Positions 40,701 to 49,295 of a DNA stretch of 60,655 bases are shown here, piece after piece. Where the stretch lies: IMG/VR virus record IMGVR_UViG_3300025671_000067, positions 1 to 60,655 of that record; one strand, given 5' to 3'. Positions within the stretch are counted from its first letter, which is position 1, and the number at the start of each line of letters is the position of its first letter. The notes below the pieces were generated by a model. It did not search any database. It was not told where the DNA came from and saw nothing but the letters and a program-made list of their open reading frames with translations. A program made the translations under genes and the position numbers. Source of the DNA: a virus. Taxonomy: Duplodnaviria; Caudoviricetes.

Positions 40701-42034
40701 GCACCGTTGCTTATGTTGCTAATTGGTTCAAAGTTTAGGCCCGTTGTAAGCCCGCTAGTGTTCACATCGCTGTTGCCAATAGTAGGTCTTGTTGTTGCTG
40801 TGCTCTGAACAGTCAAACCATCAGCCGTCACAGTGCCGTCCACATTCAGCGACACGTTCATATCTACAGCGCCTGCGCTATTAATAGTCATAGCCGTAAC
40901 TTGAGCGTTAGGCGTGGAGCCTGTCGTGCCCGCAGGAGCCGTTTGAAAAACTAATGAACCGCCAGCGCCCGTACCTGTACCTGCGCCACCACGGAAAGTA
41001 ACGTTATTACCTGATATGTCAGTACCAGAGGCGTCGTCAGTACCAACAGAAGTGTCTTTAAGTAAAACACCGTCAATGTCTACACCAGCAGCTGCTGTGG
41101 TTTCTAAAATAGAATCCGTGGTTATGGATTGTCCAGCATCGACGACGATGTTATTTGAACCTGTGGTGTTACCGTTAGCCAGAACCTCAGACAGTTCGTT
41201 GTTTGCACCTACTTGAGCGTCCACATACTGTTTAATAGAGTCCGACGTGGCCAGCGTAGTAGTAGAGGCGTCAGACATATCCGTCGTGGTGTTGATACCC
41301 GTTACAGTAGCGCCTGTAGCCAACGTTAAGTCTGTGTTAGCCGTAAGGTTAGTAAATACCCCTGTAGTAGCCGTAGTAGCCCCAATTGTTGCGTTGTCTA
41401 TCGTACCGCCATTTATATCCGGCGAGGTCAAAGTTTTATTTGTAAACGTCTCAGTCCCAGCAAGCGTAGCCAGCGTACCTGTAGTGGGTAAAGTAACGTT
41501 TGTCGTACCCGTAGTAGTTAGGGTCAACGCATTAGCACCGGCAGTAGAAAACGCCGCAGCGGTAGATACCGCACCAGCAAGTGTGACAGTGTAGCCACCT
41601 ACAGATAACGAGTTAATGTTAGTAACAGCTTCGACAACGTTAGTGCCATCGCAAAACAACAGCATCGTCGTACCATCAGGAATCGCAATTCCCGTACCGG
41701 CTGAAGTTTTTAGAGTAACCGTACGGCTGCTACCAACCGCGTTTTTAGCGATATAGATCTTTGAAGCTGTAGGGCAAATGACTTCCGCATTACCAGTTAA
41801 CGCTGCGAGCGTATCAGTAAACTCAAGCATCGCTGCGCGAGACTCAGCTGTCGTGCCGTCTGCTGTAGTAAGCGTATGACCGTTTCCAGTCCAAGTATTA
41901 ATTACCGAACGGCCCGCGATGGCCTCTTCTATCATAGAGGTGATATTGTCATTAACGACATCGCCCCAAGTACCACTTAACTCCCCCTGTACGGGCAGAG
42001 CTAGTTTAAGAATGGAAGTGTATTGTGTCGTCAT
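37793..42034 (-). CDS. Tail fibre protein with C-terminal intramolecular chaperone (peptidase S74)
   Basis: Repeated ERMRIDSSGNVGIG-type units; SSDQRLKTNI...GVLAQEL...LIKAIQEL. Confidence 0.9.
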   Translation of the reverse strand: MTTQYTSILKLALPVQGELSGTWGDVVNDNITSMIEEAIAGRSVINTWTGNGHTLTTADGTTAESRAAMLEFTDTLAALTGNAEVICPTASKIYIAKNAVGSSRTVTLKTSAGTGIAIPDGTTMLLFCDGTNVVEAVTNINSLSVGGYTVTLAGAVSTAAAFSTAGANALTLTTTGTTNVTLPTTGTLATLAGTETFTNKTLTSPDINGGTIDNATIGATTATTGVFTNLTANTDLTLATGATVTGINTTTDMSDASTTTLATSDSIKQYVDAQVGANNELSEVLANGNTTGSNNIVVDAGQSITTDSILETTAAAGVDIDGVLLKDTSVGTDDASGTDISGNNVTFRGGAGTGTGAGGSLVFQTAPAGTTGSTPNAQVTAMTINSAGAVDMNVSLNVDGTVTADGLTVQSTATTRPTIGNSDVNTSGLTTGLNFEPISNISNGAKINVISGLQPTVASAYTAGFEFVTEDHAGGGSFAQTKALTIGASGDISFYEDTGTTAKLFWDASAESLGIGTTSPSRVAEITSATSSESYLRISGNSGNVEDTNFAGIEFYNTDSSGAGPNVAAFIEARAETATGAGAELVFATSLSSDSEGARATERLRIDSSGRVGIGTASPETLLMVEQAGTYTGVHDTAGLKIRNAAATTGVSNPYGAISLSKGTGSAGIAAIGDSASDADVVGLGFFVHGSTTGTDAATRAMTINSSGQVFVGTTDNSTSVGNLIVKSDSNAHAITIEEPAGAGETWQIGVDVDGDLGFYNSTSTTASVTLDDSGNVGIGTTTVNRKLEVSGNNNAGSKANFIRITDTDTSATAANPQGGIEFYTSDTGNENVTASIVNLYAGSGAGSELTFNTAPSGSAGVSERMRIDSSGNVGIGVSPAKTLDVRTSSGSDAVIRVGSSSSIGINVNVGAIEFYSADADDAGVKASIANYVTGNEGPGGAVDGNLIFSTTDSDGGGNDSPTERMRIDSQGQVRLSNTTPVWDTSFSSLVTKGGFVGSQLADYLYSGQNAYYNGGFKFSTAANATIYEQSFGAHTWYRSTDVSPAADATITLEAAMTLDASGNLLVGKLSSTGVGTRNIEVSNASSATVQIEGGTNEWSLLVSSAADALRFYEDSTERMRIDSSGNLLVGTTDTTPWDNSTATAADDGIFLGGGRLGLAKWGGVPLLVNRTDSDGEIAIFYKDGAPVGSIASTDGTDLQIGSGNCYLRFDDATNQILPTNAAGAKRDNTVDLGEPDSRFKDLHAGGRGFFNLYSAGINSGNIMVGEGVYVGAANGDNQIRSSSAGGGSATLYIGNAAIQVSSDQRLKTNIVDTEMNATEKLNQVRVVDFNWDDPSDTSFNNRNARGKWTGVLAQELVDVLPFAVNAPRNEEDLSIDEESDQKWLVDQAQMVPVLIKAIQELTARIATLEGAN

Positions 42035-42043
42035 CTCTTAACC

Positions 42044-42820
42044 TCACGCGGCTATGTCTATCCAGTTTGGGTTTTGCGTCCTATTTACGTCGCCCCAAGA
42101 TGGACTTTGTGTACTATTAATATCTTGCCAGTTGGGGGTCTGGTTGTCATCTACTTCACCCCAAACAAACACTGACCCTACTTGTCCTGTAGCAGACACC
42201 CCGGAAACAGGTACATCTGCATTAGCTTTAGGAGTTACTATCCCTAATCTAGCGTTTCCAGCGACTCCAGTGACCGGTACGACGACACCAAACTTAATAA
42301 ATACGTCGCCTATTTGTCCGGTTGCGGCAATTCCCGATGGGTATACGTTGCCTGTACCTGTAACACTTACGCTACCTAGAGCTGTTGTTCCCTCATTTCC
42401 TGTAACAGCTACGTTGGCTTCTGCAACTACGCTAACTGTACCTAGATTCCCAGTTGCGCTTAACCCGCTTGGGGCTACGTCGGCGTTAGCCTTAACAACT
42501 ACGCTGCCTAGAGCTGTTGTCCCTTCGTTCCCAGTTACAGCTACATTGGCATCCGCAACTACATTAACTGTACCTATACTAGCGGTCGCTGCGAGTCCTG
42601 AAGGCTGAACAGTAGCTGCGCCACTAATGGATACAGCACCAACGGATCCAGTGATTTCTTCCCCAGTAGGGGATACGTTCGCTTCAGCAATAACGCTAAC
42701 AGTGCCTATAGACCCTGTAGCTTGGATCCCATCAACATTGACATATAAGAGCGGGGTGCCCCAAGAACCTTCGCCCCAACTAGCGCGGCCCCACCCTTCG
42801 TATAATGTTGACGACGGCAT
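42044..42820 (-). CDS. Virion protein with ~21-aa beta repeats
   Basis: Repeats such as VSVVAEANVAVTGNEGTTALG; GWG..SWG N-terminus. Confidence 0.75.
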   Translation of the reverse strand: MPSSTLYEGWGRASWGEGSWGTPLLYVNVDGIQATGSIGTVSVIAEANVSPTGEEITGSVGAVSISGAATVQPSGLAATASIGTVNVVADANVAVTGNEGTTALGSVVVKANADVAPSGLSATGNLGTVSVVAEANVAVTGNEGTTALGSVSVTGTGNVYPSGIAATGQIGDVFIKFGVVVPVTGVAGNARLGIVTPKANADVPVSGVSATGQVGSVFVWGEVDDNQTPNWQDINSTQSPSWGDVNRTQNPNWIDIAA

Positions 42821-42830
42821 CTACCGCCTC

Positions 42831-43262
42831 CTACGCAATCCTGATAATAGCGTTACTCGCATCAGCTGTCGGAAATTGGATCGTAAAATCACCTGCGGTG
42901 GACGTCTTATCCCCACCAAAATCCAATACTGCTACCGCTGGATTCGACCCGCCTGACTGGTAAATTAAAGCCCCACGAGCTGTAATCGTCGCTGTAGACC
43001 ACGTTACATTAGAGAAGCTCAAATACGCTGTGGTACCCGAAGTCGTTGGGTTAGTGGATATCGTAAGCGTTTCCCCACCTGTCGAATATCCAGTACCAGA
43101 AACTTCATTAGTCGCCGCATACACCGTTGTAGACGCATCCAATGTAGCTGACGACGTGAACAGTGCGATCTTGAAAACCTGTGTGGTGTCTGAACTAAAG
43201 TCCATTTCCCCGTCAAGCAGCGCTTGCTTAAACGAAGTACACATTGCCTGTGTGATTGCCAT
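42831..43262 (-). CDS. Virion structural protein
   Basis: MAITQAMCTSFK...VLDFGGDKTS...FTIQFP. Confidence 0.75.
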   Translation of the reverse strand: MAITQAMCTSFKQALLDGEMDFSSDTTQVFKIALFTSSATLDASTTVYAATNEVSGTGYSTGGETLTISTNPTTSGTTAYLSFSNVTWSTATITARGALIYQSGGSNPAVAVLDFGGDKTSTAGDFTIQFPTADASNAIIRIA

Positions 43263-43272
43263 AAATATCTCC

Positions 43273-43902
43273 TTAAGTTACTGCTACTCGGTATTGCCCA
43301 GAACGATAGGCATCTTCTCTTAATTTACCGTCTCCAAGGTTTTTCAGTAATCCGATGGCTTGTACAAACAAGCGTTCATACAAAGCTACAAGATCCTGCT
43401 CACCTTTCATAAAACGGATAGCTTCGACTAGAGCACCGTTCAGCAACGCTGAATCGAACTCATCTCCAAGCCACGTCGTTCCCGCAGTAACAATGGATTC
43501 TGGGTAATACCCGTAATGAAGTTCCATAGAATAGTTACTGTCTGGAGTCGGCCCCAAAATAAACGAATCGTCATCAAAGTAAGCGTAATGTTTGGGGAGT
43601 CCCGTAGCGGTAGGGCCGGGGTACGCTTCTCTAATAAAGTTAACGTCTTTGTTTAGTAAGAAGCTGTAATTCCCTGATCCATCAATAACGGCAAGTGAAT
43701 AAGACCACAAAAAGTCCGTAGGGATACCAAGATATTTATTACTAGCCGTCAACGTACCAGTCACATTTTTACGTAACGCAGGGATCTGAACAGTGTTATA
43801 TATTTTCTGTTCTGCCTGTTCGGTAAACATTGCAAGCTGGTCGTCAGTAAACGAAGTCTCGCAAATATCCTCGATATTGGTCTTGAGAGAAGCGTAGTTC
43901 AT
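43273..43902 (-). CDS. Putative head-tail adaptor/connector protein
   Basis: 209 aa; PKHYA, LGPTPD, LLNGALVEA pattern. Confidence 0.7.
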   Translation of the reverse strand: MNYASLKTNIEDICETSFTDDQLAMFTEQAEQKIYNTVQIPALRKNVTGTLTASNKYLGIPTDFLWSYSLAVIDGSGNYSFLLNKDVNFIREAYPGPTATGLPKHYAYFDDDSFILGPTPDSNYSMELHYGYYPESIVTAGTTWLGDEFDSALLNGALVEAIRFMKGEQDLVALYERLFVQAIGLLKNLGDGKLREDAYRSGQYRVAVT

Positions 43903-43905
43903 GGC

Positions 43906-44052
43906 TTATGCCATCGGCCCCCGACACATTGTTCCTTTTGTTGCAGCCCCTGCACCACGCATCTTAATCCCAGACGTTTTAACGCCTTTCATGCTGGCTT
44001 TAGGTCCGTAGGGTTTTACACCACTCATCTTATGCACTTTATCTTTTTTCAT
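43906..44052 (-). CDS. 48-aa basic protein (not in ORF track)
   Basis: MKKDKVHKMSG...KMRGAGAATKGTMCRGPMA; TAATG coupling. Confidence 0.7.
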   Translation of the reverse strand: MKKDKVHKMSGVKPYGPKASMKGVKTSGIKMRGAGAATKGTMCRGPMA

Positions 44053-44417
44053 TAGCTGGTCACCACCGTTACTGTTCCAATGTACCCATTTGCTACTAAG
44101 TTGTTAGGAGTAAGCCCGTATGGATCTTTACCACCGCCTACAGGTGCCCAACCCCACTGAATATCCCGACTGCTAAAGTCTCCAGAAGAACCTAAGCTCC
44201 TATCTGGACGGGGATCTCGTATCGCTTGTGGATCGTTTACTGGAAACTCTCCTAGCTTCAACTGAGGCTGGTCTGGATTCCAACATTCTGGACATGCTTT
44301 GACGTTAGTATCCCTACCCTTAACAATTAAATTACGTAGCTCCTTTAACTTATATTGAAAGCCGCAGACATCGCATTCTGCTATGGCCTTCTTTGCGGAA
44401 GCAAACCGGTTAGTCAC
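44052..44417 (-). CDS. Zinc-binding (CxxC...CxxC) protein
   Basis: ECDVCGF...ACPECW..DQPQL...DPRPD. Confidence 0.75.
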   Translation of the reverse strand: MTNRFASAKKAIAECDVCGFQYKLKELRNLIVKGRDTNVKACPECWNPDQPQLKLGEFPVNDPQAIRDPRPDRSLGSSGDFSSRDIQWGWAPVGGGKDPYGLTPNNLVANGYIGTVTVVTS

Positions 44418-44419
44418 AT

Positions 44420-45106
44420 CTAGATCCTCGCAATACGCGGTACAAACCTAGCCGGTGTTTTTACCCTGTCCTCTTCCGCAGCTAAACGAAATTGCTCTTC
44501 GTACTCCGCTTTTAATATTGGCAGTCGTTCTGCTAACTGAGGATCTTTCATTGCAACGTAGTAGGCTAAACCTGCCACCATACAAGGAAAAAACCTGAAG
44601 TTCATATCTGCCGTTTGCACCCCGCTACCAGCGTCTTCAATTCGACGCATCCGCCAGTACTTAAACACGTAATCATTCGTATCCGGTACCGGCCAGACAT
44701 TAATTTTTGGGTTATCCCTAAGCCGCTCGATGTATACCTGAATCGGTCTACCCTGCGTTAATTTGTTAGGAATAGAAGAATATGTACTTACACTGATCCG
44801 TGTAATAGTAAGATCTTGTTGAGTGGCTGTAACCCCTGCATTTGTCCGTATAACCTGTTCTAGTAAGTCAATGGTATCGGCAGGTAGGTTGTACTCAGAA
44901 GTCCCTGCAACAAGGTTTACGGTGCCCTCATCAACTGTCCATAGGTTTAGCCCACGGTTTTGCCACTCAATCGACATTAAGTTCATAGAACGACGTGCGG
45001 TCCGCAAATCGTAACCAGAACGCATTTCTCTACCGGCACGCTCCCACGCTTCTTCAGCGATTTCGGTAAAGTCCATGTTGAACGCTGTAGTGCCTGATGT
45101 GGTCAT
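44420..45106 (-). CDS. Putative adaptor / tail tubular protein A-like
   Basis: EEAWERAG...ARRSMNL...WQNRGLNLW...VWPVPD...GLAYY. Confidence 0.7.
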   Translation of the reverse strand: MTTSGTTAFNMDFTEIAEEAWERAGREMRSGYDLRTARRSMNLMSIEWQNRGLNLWTVDEGTVNLVAGTSEYNLPADTIDLLEQVIRTNAGVTATQQDLTITRISVSTYSSIPNKLTQGRPIQVYIERLRDNPKINVWPVPDTNDYVFKYWRMRRIEDAGSGVQTADMNFRFFPCMVAGLAYYVAMKDPQLAERLPILKAEYEEQFRLAAEEDRVKTPARFVPRIARI

Positions 45107-45381
45107 CTTCTCTTTCTTTTCAGCGGAGCAACTCGTCTGGGTTTTCCTGCGGGTTGTCCAATCCGTTTTTTCTGTGCGATTCTGCTTCTTTTCTCAGACG
45201 TCGTAGCTTCTGACGCAGTTTTAGGCGTTTTGCTAGAGACTCTTTTTGTTGGTCTACAGTAGGGGGTTCCCCGTTTTTCGCCTTTCTGCCTGCCACAAGC
45301 CTTACCTGTACGTACGTCCTTCCAGTCTTCTTTGAACCAACGTTTTAACGCCGCTCCTTTGGCTGTTTTGCGTACCGCCAT
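45103..45381 (-). CDS. Small basic protein
   Basis: LKRWFKEDW...CGR...YCRPTKRVSSKTPKT. Confidence 0.75.
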   Translation of the reverse strand: MAVRKTAKGAALKRWFKEDWKDVRTGKACGRQKGEKRGTPYCRPTKRVSSKTPKTASEATTSEKRSRIAQKKRIGQPAGKPRRVAPLKRKRR

Positions 45382-45518
45382 TATTTACCTGCCTTCTTTT
45401 TGCGGCATTTGGCTATCGCCCCTGAAGCATAGGCGGACGGAAAGACCTTGTATCTGGACTTAACCTTGCGATAGCAATCGTCTTTAACCGTACCGCCTTT
45501 CTTGTAGTAACAACGCAT
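45381..45518 (-). CDS. 45-aa basic protein (not in ORF track)
   Basis: MRCYYKKGGTVKDDCYRKVKSRYKVFPSAYASGAIAKCRKKKAGK; TAATG coupling to the next gene. Confidence 0.7.
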   Translation of the reverse strand: MRCYYKKGGTVKDDCYRKVKSRYKVFPSAYASGAIAKCRKKKAGK

Positions 45519-45552
45519 AAACATCAACCTGATGTTAAAGTTTCATTTTGCC

Positions 45553-46146
45553 TCAGCTACCCTTCATCGACACCATTTTAGCGGCGCGGACACCTTTGGT
45601 AGCTTTACCACAGCCACGAACAGTTCCACCTTTTTTATAAGAAGATGTCTTACCACCTTTCTTCATATCTTTAGGCTTAGATTTTCTCTGCGCGTTTAGG
45701 TACTCACGTAGGCTCTTATACCCTGAAGCTTCAAGTTCTTCTTTTGTAACCGCAGCTTTCTTACGCCCATCTTTACCGATAAACGTATCTTTACCCGCTT
45801 TTCTGGCTTCAGCAATAGATTTTGGCTGACCTTCTGCTGGCATACCCTTAGCGGTAGCCGCTTCTCTCCGCATCATAGGAGCAGGCCCGGTCTCTTTTTT
45901 AGAGTCCATACTTGCCTTTGGAGCTTTAGGCTCTATTTCAGGTGCAGGCATAGCTTCTTTTTTAGCTTTTAATTCTTGGCTTTCGTTAGGCCGACGCTTA
46001 CCTACTGCACGAGTCTCAGTATCCTTAACGCGCATCCCCGAAGGTAGCTCCTCTGGAGCTTCGTCTTTCTTAAATGGACGTGTGCGGCTAGTTTTTCTTT
46101 TAGCTTGGGGGCGCTTTTTTCTTCTAAACATATCAGAAAAAGCCAT
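45553..46146 (-). CDS. Basic low-complexity protein
   Basis: K-rich; C-terminal YKKGGTVRGCGKATKG...KMVSMKGS. Confidence 0.75.
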   Translation of the reverse strand: MAFSDMFRRKKRPQAKRKTSRTRPFKKDEAPEELPSGMRVKDTETRAVGKRRPNESQELKAKKEAMPAPEIEPKAPKASMDSKKETGPAPMMRREAATAKGMPAEGQPKSIAEARKAGKDTFIGKDGRKKAAVTKEELEASGYKSLREYLNAQRKSKPKDMKKGGKTSSYKKGGTVRGCGKATKGVRAAKMVSMKGS

Positions 46147-46149
46147 GAC

Positions 46150-46401
46150 TTAGCTCCCCTTCATCTTAACCATTTTGCAAGGACGTACAGCCCCGCCACG
46201 AGCCATACCGCAACCACGGACTTTACCGCCTGATTTCATACGGGGATTGTAACCCTGTGCCATCATACCGCCGTCTTGATACTTCTTCATCTTCATAAAC
46301 TCTTCTCCAACACTTTGTGGAACGCCAACTTTCTTGGCAAATTTAGGGTTATTGGCTACTGCAGCCATAAACTTTTGCTGTTTTTTAGACTTAGCAGGCA
46401 T
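46150..46401 (-). CDS. Small basic protein
   Basis: MPAKSKKQQKFMAAVANNPKFAKKVGVPQSVG...MKSGGKVRGCG. Confidence 0.75.
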   Translation of the reverse strand: MPAKSKKQQKFMAAVANNPKFAKKVGVPQSVGEEFMKMKKYQDGGMMAQGYNPRMKSGGKVRGCGMARGGAVRPCKMVKMKGS

Positions 46402-46694
46402 TACCACTTTACCTTATCAGCCCAATACGCAGCGGACTTTTTGCCTTTAGCGATGTTCTTGCTATGTCGAGCTTTAAACGATTTACGTTTAGCCTTCATG
46501 CGAGCAGATTCGCCTTTTTTAGGCTTGCCAGCAGTACTAGCGCCTTGTTCTCCGAAACGAATAATCTTTTCGGTACCCCCCTCACATGCCTTTACGACGT
46601 GTGATTTTTTGGGGTGATTAGGCGTTCTGCGCGGCTTATTACAAGCCATGCTCTTCTTATCGACTCTGCCACCAGCAGCGTAGTACCTACGCAT
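46401..46694 (-). CDS. Small basic protein
   Basis: HPKKSHVVKA...IIRFGEQGA...KSFKARH...SAAYWADKVKW. Confidence 0.8.
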   Translation of the reverse strand: MRRYYAAGGRVDKKSMACNKPRRTPNHPKKSHVVKACEGGTEKIIRFGEQGASTAGKPKKGESARMKAKRKSFKARHSKNIAKGKKSAAYWADKVKW

Positions 46695-46706
46695 AATGTC
46701 CTCCTC

Positions 46707-46979
46707 CTAGCTATAGAAGAAAGTCATAGCAGTGATATTCGTTGCTGTAGCTACGTAAACGTCTGAGACACAACGAATACCATCGTCAGGGATGTTGATT
46801 GAGTGCGAATCAGACGCTAGAAAGTCGATATCTAGCACTGTGTCACCACCGTTACCATTAGTAACAGTAAGGCGTCCTGCGCCCGCACCTGTCAAAACCT
46901 GTATCTGACGAACTCTAGCAGGGCCAACGGCTAAAGAACCGGTCCCAGTAACTCGTTTTGTTAGTACATCAGAGGACAT
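46707..46979 (-). CDS. Small beta-rich virion protein
   Basis: AAGGAGG RBS; 90 aa. Confidence 0.75.
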   Translation of the reverse strand: MSSDVLTKRVTGTGSLAVGPARVRQIQVLTGAGAGRLTVTNGNGGDTVLDIDFLASDSHSINIPDDGIRCVSDVYVATATNITAMTFFYS

Positions 46980-46990
46980 GGATTACCTCC

Positions 46991-47206
46991 TTATCCCGCA
47001 GATACGGTCAAAACGCCTGAGTTACTCCATAGCTGCCCAGCAACAGTTGGATCAGAAGTCGGGAGGTCAGAAAAGATGATTACGCTGTTTGTACCATCGT
47101 ATGTAATAGAAATATTTTCTGTAACAATACCGGTATTTGCAGCTTTGGTGATGTCCTTAAAGCCATTCTCGGAACGGACTGGACCTTGGAACGTAGTGTT
47201 AGCCAT
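46991..47206 (-). CDS. Small virion/head protein
   Basis: MANTTFQGPVRSENGF...LPTSDP..AGQLW; AGGAG RBS. Confidence 0.75.
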   Translation of the reverse strand: MANTTFQGPVRSENGFKDITKAANTGIVTENISITYDGTNSVIIFSDLPTSDPTVAGQLWSNSGVLTVSAG

Positions 47207-47270
47207 TGTTATCTCCTGTCTCGGCTAGTGTCAGTTGCCCTATGCAACTGTCAGGGATAGATCGATCTTA
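47207..47270 (-). ncRNA. Candidate Mu-gpT-DE-like structured RNA element
   Basis: CAGTTGC/GCAACTG hairpin and flanking CCTG/CAGG pairing, immediately downstream of a gpT-like capsid gene. Confidence 0.4.
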
Positions 47271-47273
47271 TAG

Positions 47274-47301
47274 AAAAAAGAAGGGGGCAACAAGTGCCCC
47301 C
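47274..47301 (-). terminator. Rho-independent terminator after the major capsid gene
   Basis: GGGGGC/GCCCCC stem followed by TTCTTTTTT on the minus strand. Confidence 0.85.
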
Positions 47302-47310
47302 CATAGTCTT

Positions 47311-48225
47311 TTAAGCTCCGGGTGAACCGAAGATTCCAAGAGGATCTGAGACCCCGAAGGAATATCGCTCACGAGCCTTATAGCGGCTGTTGCCCGTATC
47401 GAAATCAGCGTCCATAGACGTAGACATCGGCGTACGAACAAAGTGCTTGAGGCCGTTCGGAACATCAGTCATCAAGAACCATGCGTCGGTATCCGTCAGA
47501 TAATGGTTAACTGTGTAACCTTCTGGGATTGAACCGTTGTTACGGATGGCGTTGATGTCGTTGTCAGCCGTACCCACACGACCTTCAGTTTCGAGCAAAC
47601 GAGTCGCTACGAACTGGAGATTGGGCGGAATAACTAGCTTACGAGGCTTGGCTGCAATCAAGAGGCCACGCTCATCGGTCCAACCTGCAATCTGAATAAC
47701 GGCAGCTTCAAGAGAAGTTTCGTTAAGATCAGCCGCAACAGCGGGACGGTTTGAGTTAGAGCCACCTGATACCAACGGGTGGTCCGTTGCACACAGTACT
47801 TTGCCGTCACCATAAGTCGGGTTGCCGGAACCAGTGAACGCTTGGTTCAACACGGTTGCACCTTTAACCTGCTTGGTGTACGCCATAGCACGAGCCAGCG
47901 CCTTCGTATAACGTGCAGACAATGAGTCATACAAGTTATCTTCAATAGCTTCTTCCGTAATTGAGAAGCCCATTGCGATGGTTTCGTGTGTGTAACGTGC
48001 AGTCCATGCTTCTTGAGCATTGTCATACTCAATCGCAGCACCTTCGTTTTTAACGGGTGCAGCTGAGAAGCCAGACAGCTTGGTTTCTTCTTCAAAAGAG
48101 CGATCAGAAGATTCAGTTTCGTAAATCTCTGCATGCTCTTCACCATACTTAGCGTACTCCATTCCAAACAGTGCGTTTAGACCGGGAAGGAGTTCTTTAA
48201 GTAGTTGGGCGCGTGAAATAGCCAT
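47311..48225 (-). CDS. Major capsid protein (Mu gpT-like)
   Basis: MAISRAQLLKELLPGLNALFG...ITEEAIEDNLY...KARERYSFG; position and downstream terminator. Confidence 0.9.
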   Translation of the reverse strand: MAISRAQLLKELLPGLNALFGMEYAKYGEEHAEIYETESSDRSFEEETKLSGFSAAPVKNEGAAIEYDNAQEAWTARYTHETIAMGFSITEEAIEDNLYDSLSARYTKALARAMAYTKQVKGATVLNQAFTGSGNPTYGDGKVLCATDHPLVSGGSNSNRPAVAADLNETSLEAAVIQIAGWTDERGLLIAAKPRKLVIPPNLQFVATRLLETEGRVGTADNDINAIRNNGSIPEGYTVNHYLTDTDAWFLMTDVPNGLKHFVRTPMSTSMDADFDTGNSRYKARERYSFGVSDPLGIFGSPGA

Positions 48226-48237
48226 TACTTATTCTCC

Positions 48238-48831
48238 TTATACGCCAGTGGTGTTGTCATACTGGTGACCTGCGTTCCACTTAACGTAGGCTTCCGTATA
48301 ACCACCAGAGCTGTTCTTAGTTTCTTCGACCAAACCAATAATGCGGAATGGGAGAGTGTTAGTCGTAGCTGACGTATCTGAAATCGCGCAACGTGAGTTG
48401 CCTGAAGTAGAGTCGCCAGTATTATCTACACCCGCCACGTTCGCACCAACGTCGGTTTGAGCGAGGTCGCCAATAGTAGTACCCGAAGATACAACAGCAG
48501 CTTTAAAGAGAATGTCAGTGCCATCTGCAACGAATGCTTCGATGTCAGATGCAACCGTGCTTGCAGGATACGATTGACGCCATACCTTGTAACCAAGGTT
48601 AGGGTCGGTGTACGTGCAACCAAGGAAAACACCAACAGGTGTCATAGCAGCATCGAACGTATCACGTTCAACGGTGCCTCCGGTGACAAGTTTAACAGCA
48701 TCTCCATAAAAAATAGAGGTAGCATAGCCACTAGCAATAGGCATGTGACGAGTTACACCCACGAAAGGAGAGCCGCTCAACAGTTTCACCGGAACTAGGC
48801 CATAAGGCCCACTTACAGTAGGATAAGCCAT
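48238..48831 (-). CDS. Putative capsid decoration/minor head protein
   Basis: PYGLVPV...IFYGDAV...VGVFLGC; immediately upstream of the MCP gene. Confidence 0.7.
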   Translation of the reverse strand: MAYPTVSGPYGLVPVKLLSGSPFVGVTRHMPIASGYATSIFYGDAVKLVTGGTVERDTFDAAMTPVGVFLGCTYTDPNLGYKVWRQSYPASTVASDIEAFVADGTDILFKAAVVSSGTTIGDLAQTDVGANVAGVDNTGDSTSGNSRCAISDTSATTNTLPFRIIGLVEETKNSSGGYTEAYVKWNAGHQYDNTTGV

Positions 48832-48845
48832 TTTAAGCTCCTAAA

Positions 48846-49295
48846 TTAAGTTCCGTTTCCAAAAGTAACCTTCGATTTGCGGTCATGAAATAACGGCATA
48901 CGAGGGTCGTTTTCTCTCATGAGATTGTTATCTACCGAAGCCATCTGAGACTTAGCTTGTTGTCCGTAATAATCATTACGTTCATCCACCATCTCTACTG
49001 GCGCTTTACAAAGCATCAGACCGCCTTGCACGATATTATCTTTAAAGCGTTCGTTTTCGACACTTACCAGAGTAATTTCGGGGTGTTCCGTAGCTTTTAC
49101 CGGTTCCCAACCTTCACGAAGTTTGGAAGATACATTGGTTGGATCGACGTTTCCTAAAGTGCTAATGCGTATCCATCTGTAAGCATACCCATCCTCCGGT
49201 GTGGGAGAAGGTAGTACTTCTGGACGTTGCCAAGCCCTTTTTCGGCCAGTTTTTTCTCTCGTGTCTAGATCACGGTTTAGTCGATTCTCAGCCAT
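48846..49295 (-). CDS. Head-module protein
   Basis: YRWIR...KLREGWEPV...GGLMLCK. Confidence 0.75.
   Translation of the reverse strand: MAENRLNRDLDTREKTGRKRAWQRPEVLPSPTPEDGYAYRWIRISTLGNVDPTNVSSKLREGWEPVKATEHPEITLVSVENERFKDNIVQGGLMLCKAPVEMVDERNDYYGQQAKSQMASVDNNLMRENDPRMPLFHDRKSKVTFGNGT

Noticed and set aside
38600-40900. Repeated GAGTCGAT(G/A)CGCATGCGTTC segments as DGR template/variable repeats
   Set aside because: They encode the ordinary ERMRIDSSG tail-fibre repeat, and no reverse transcriptase is present
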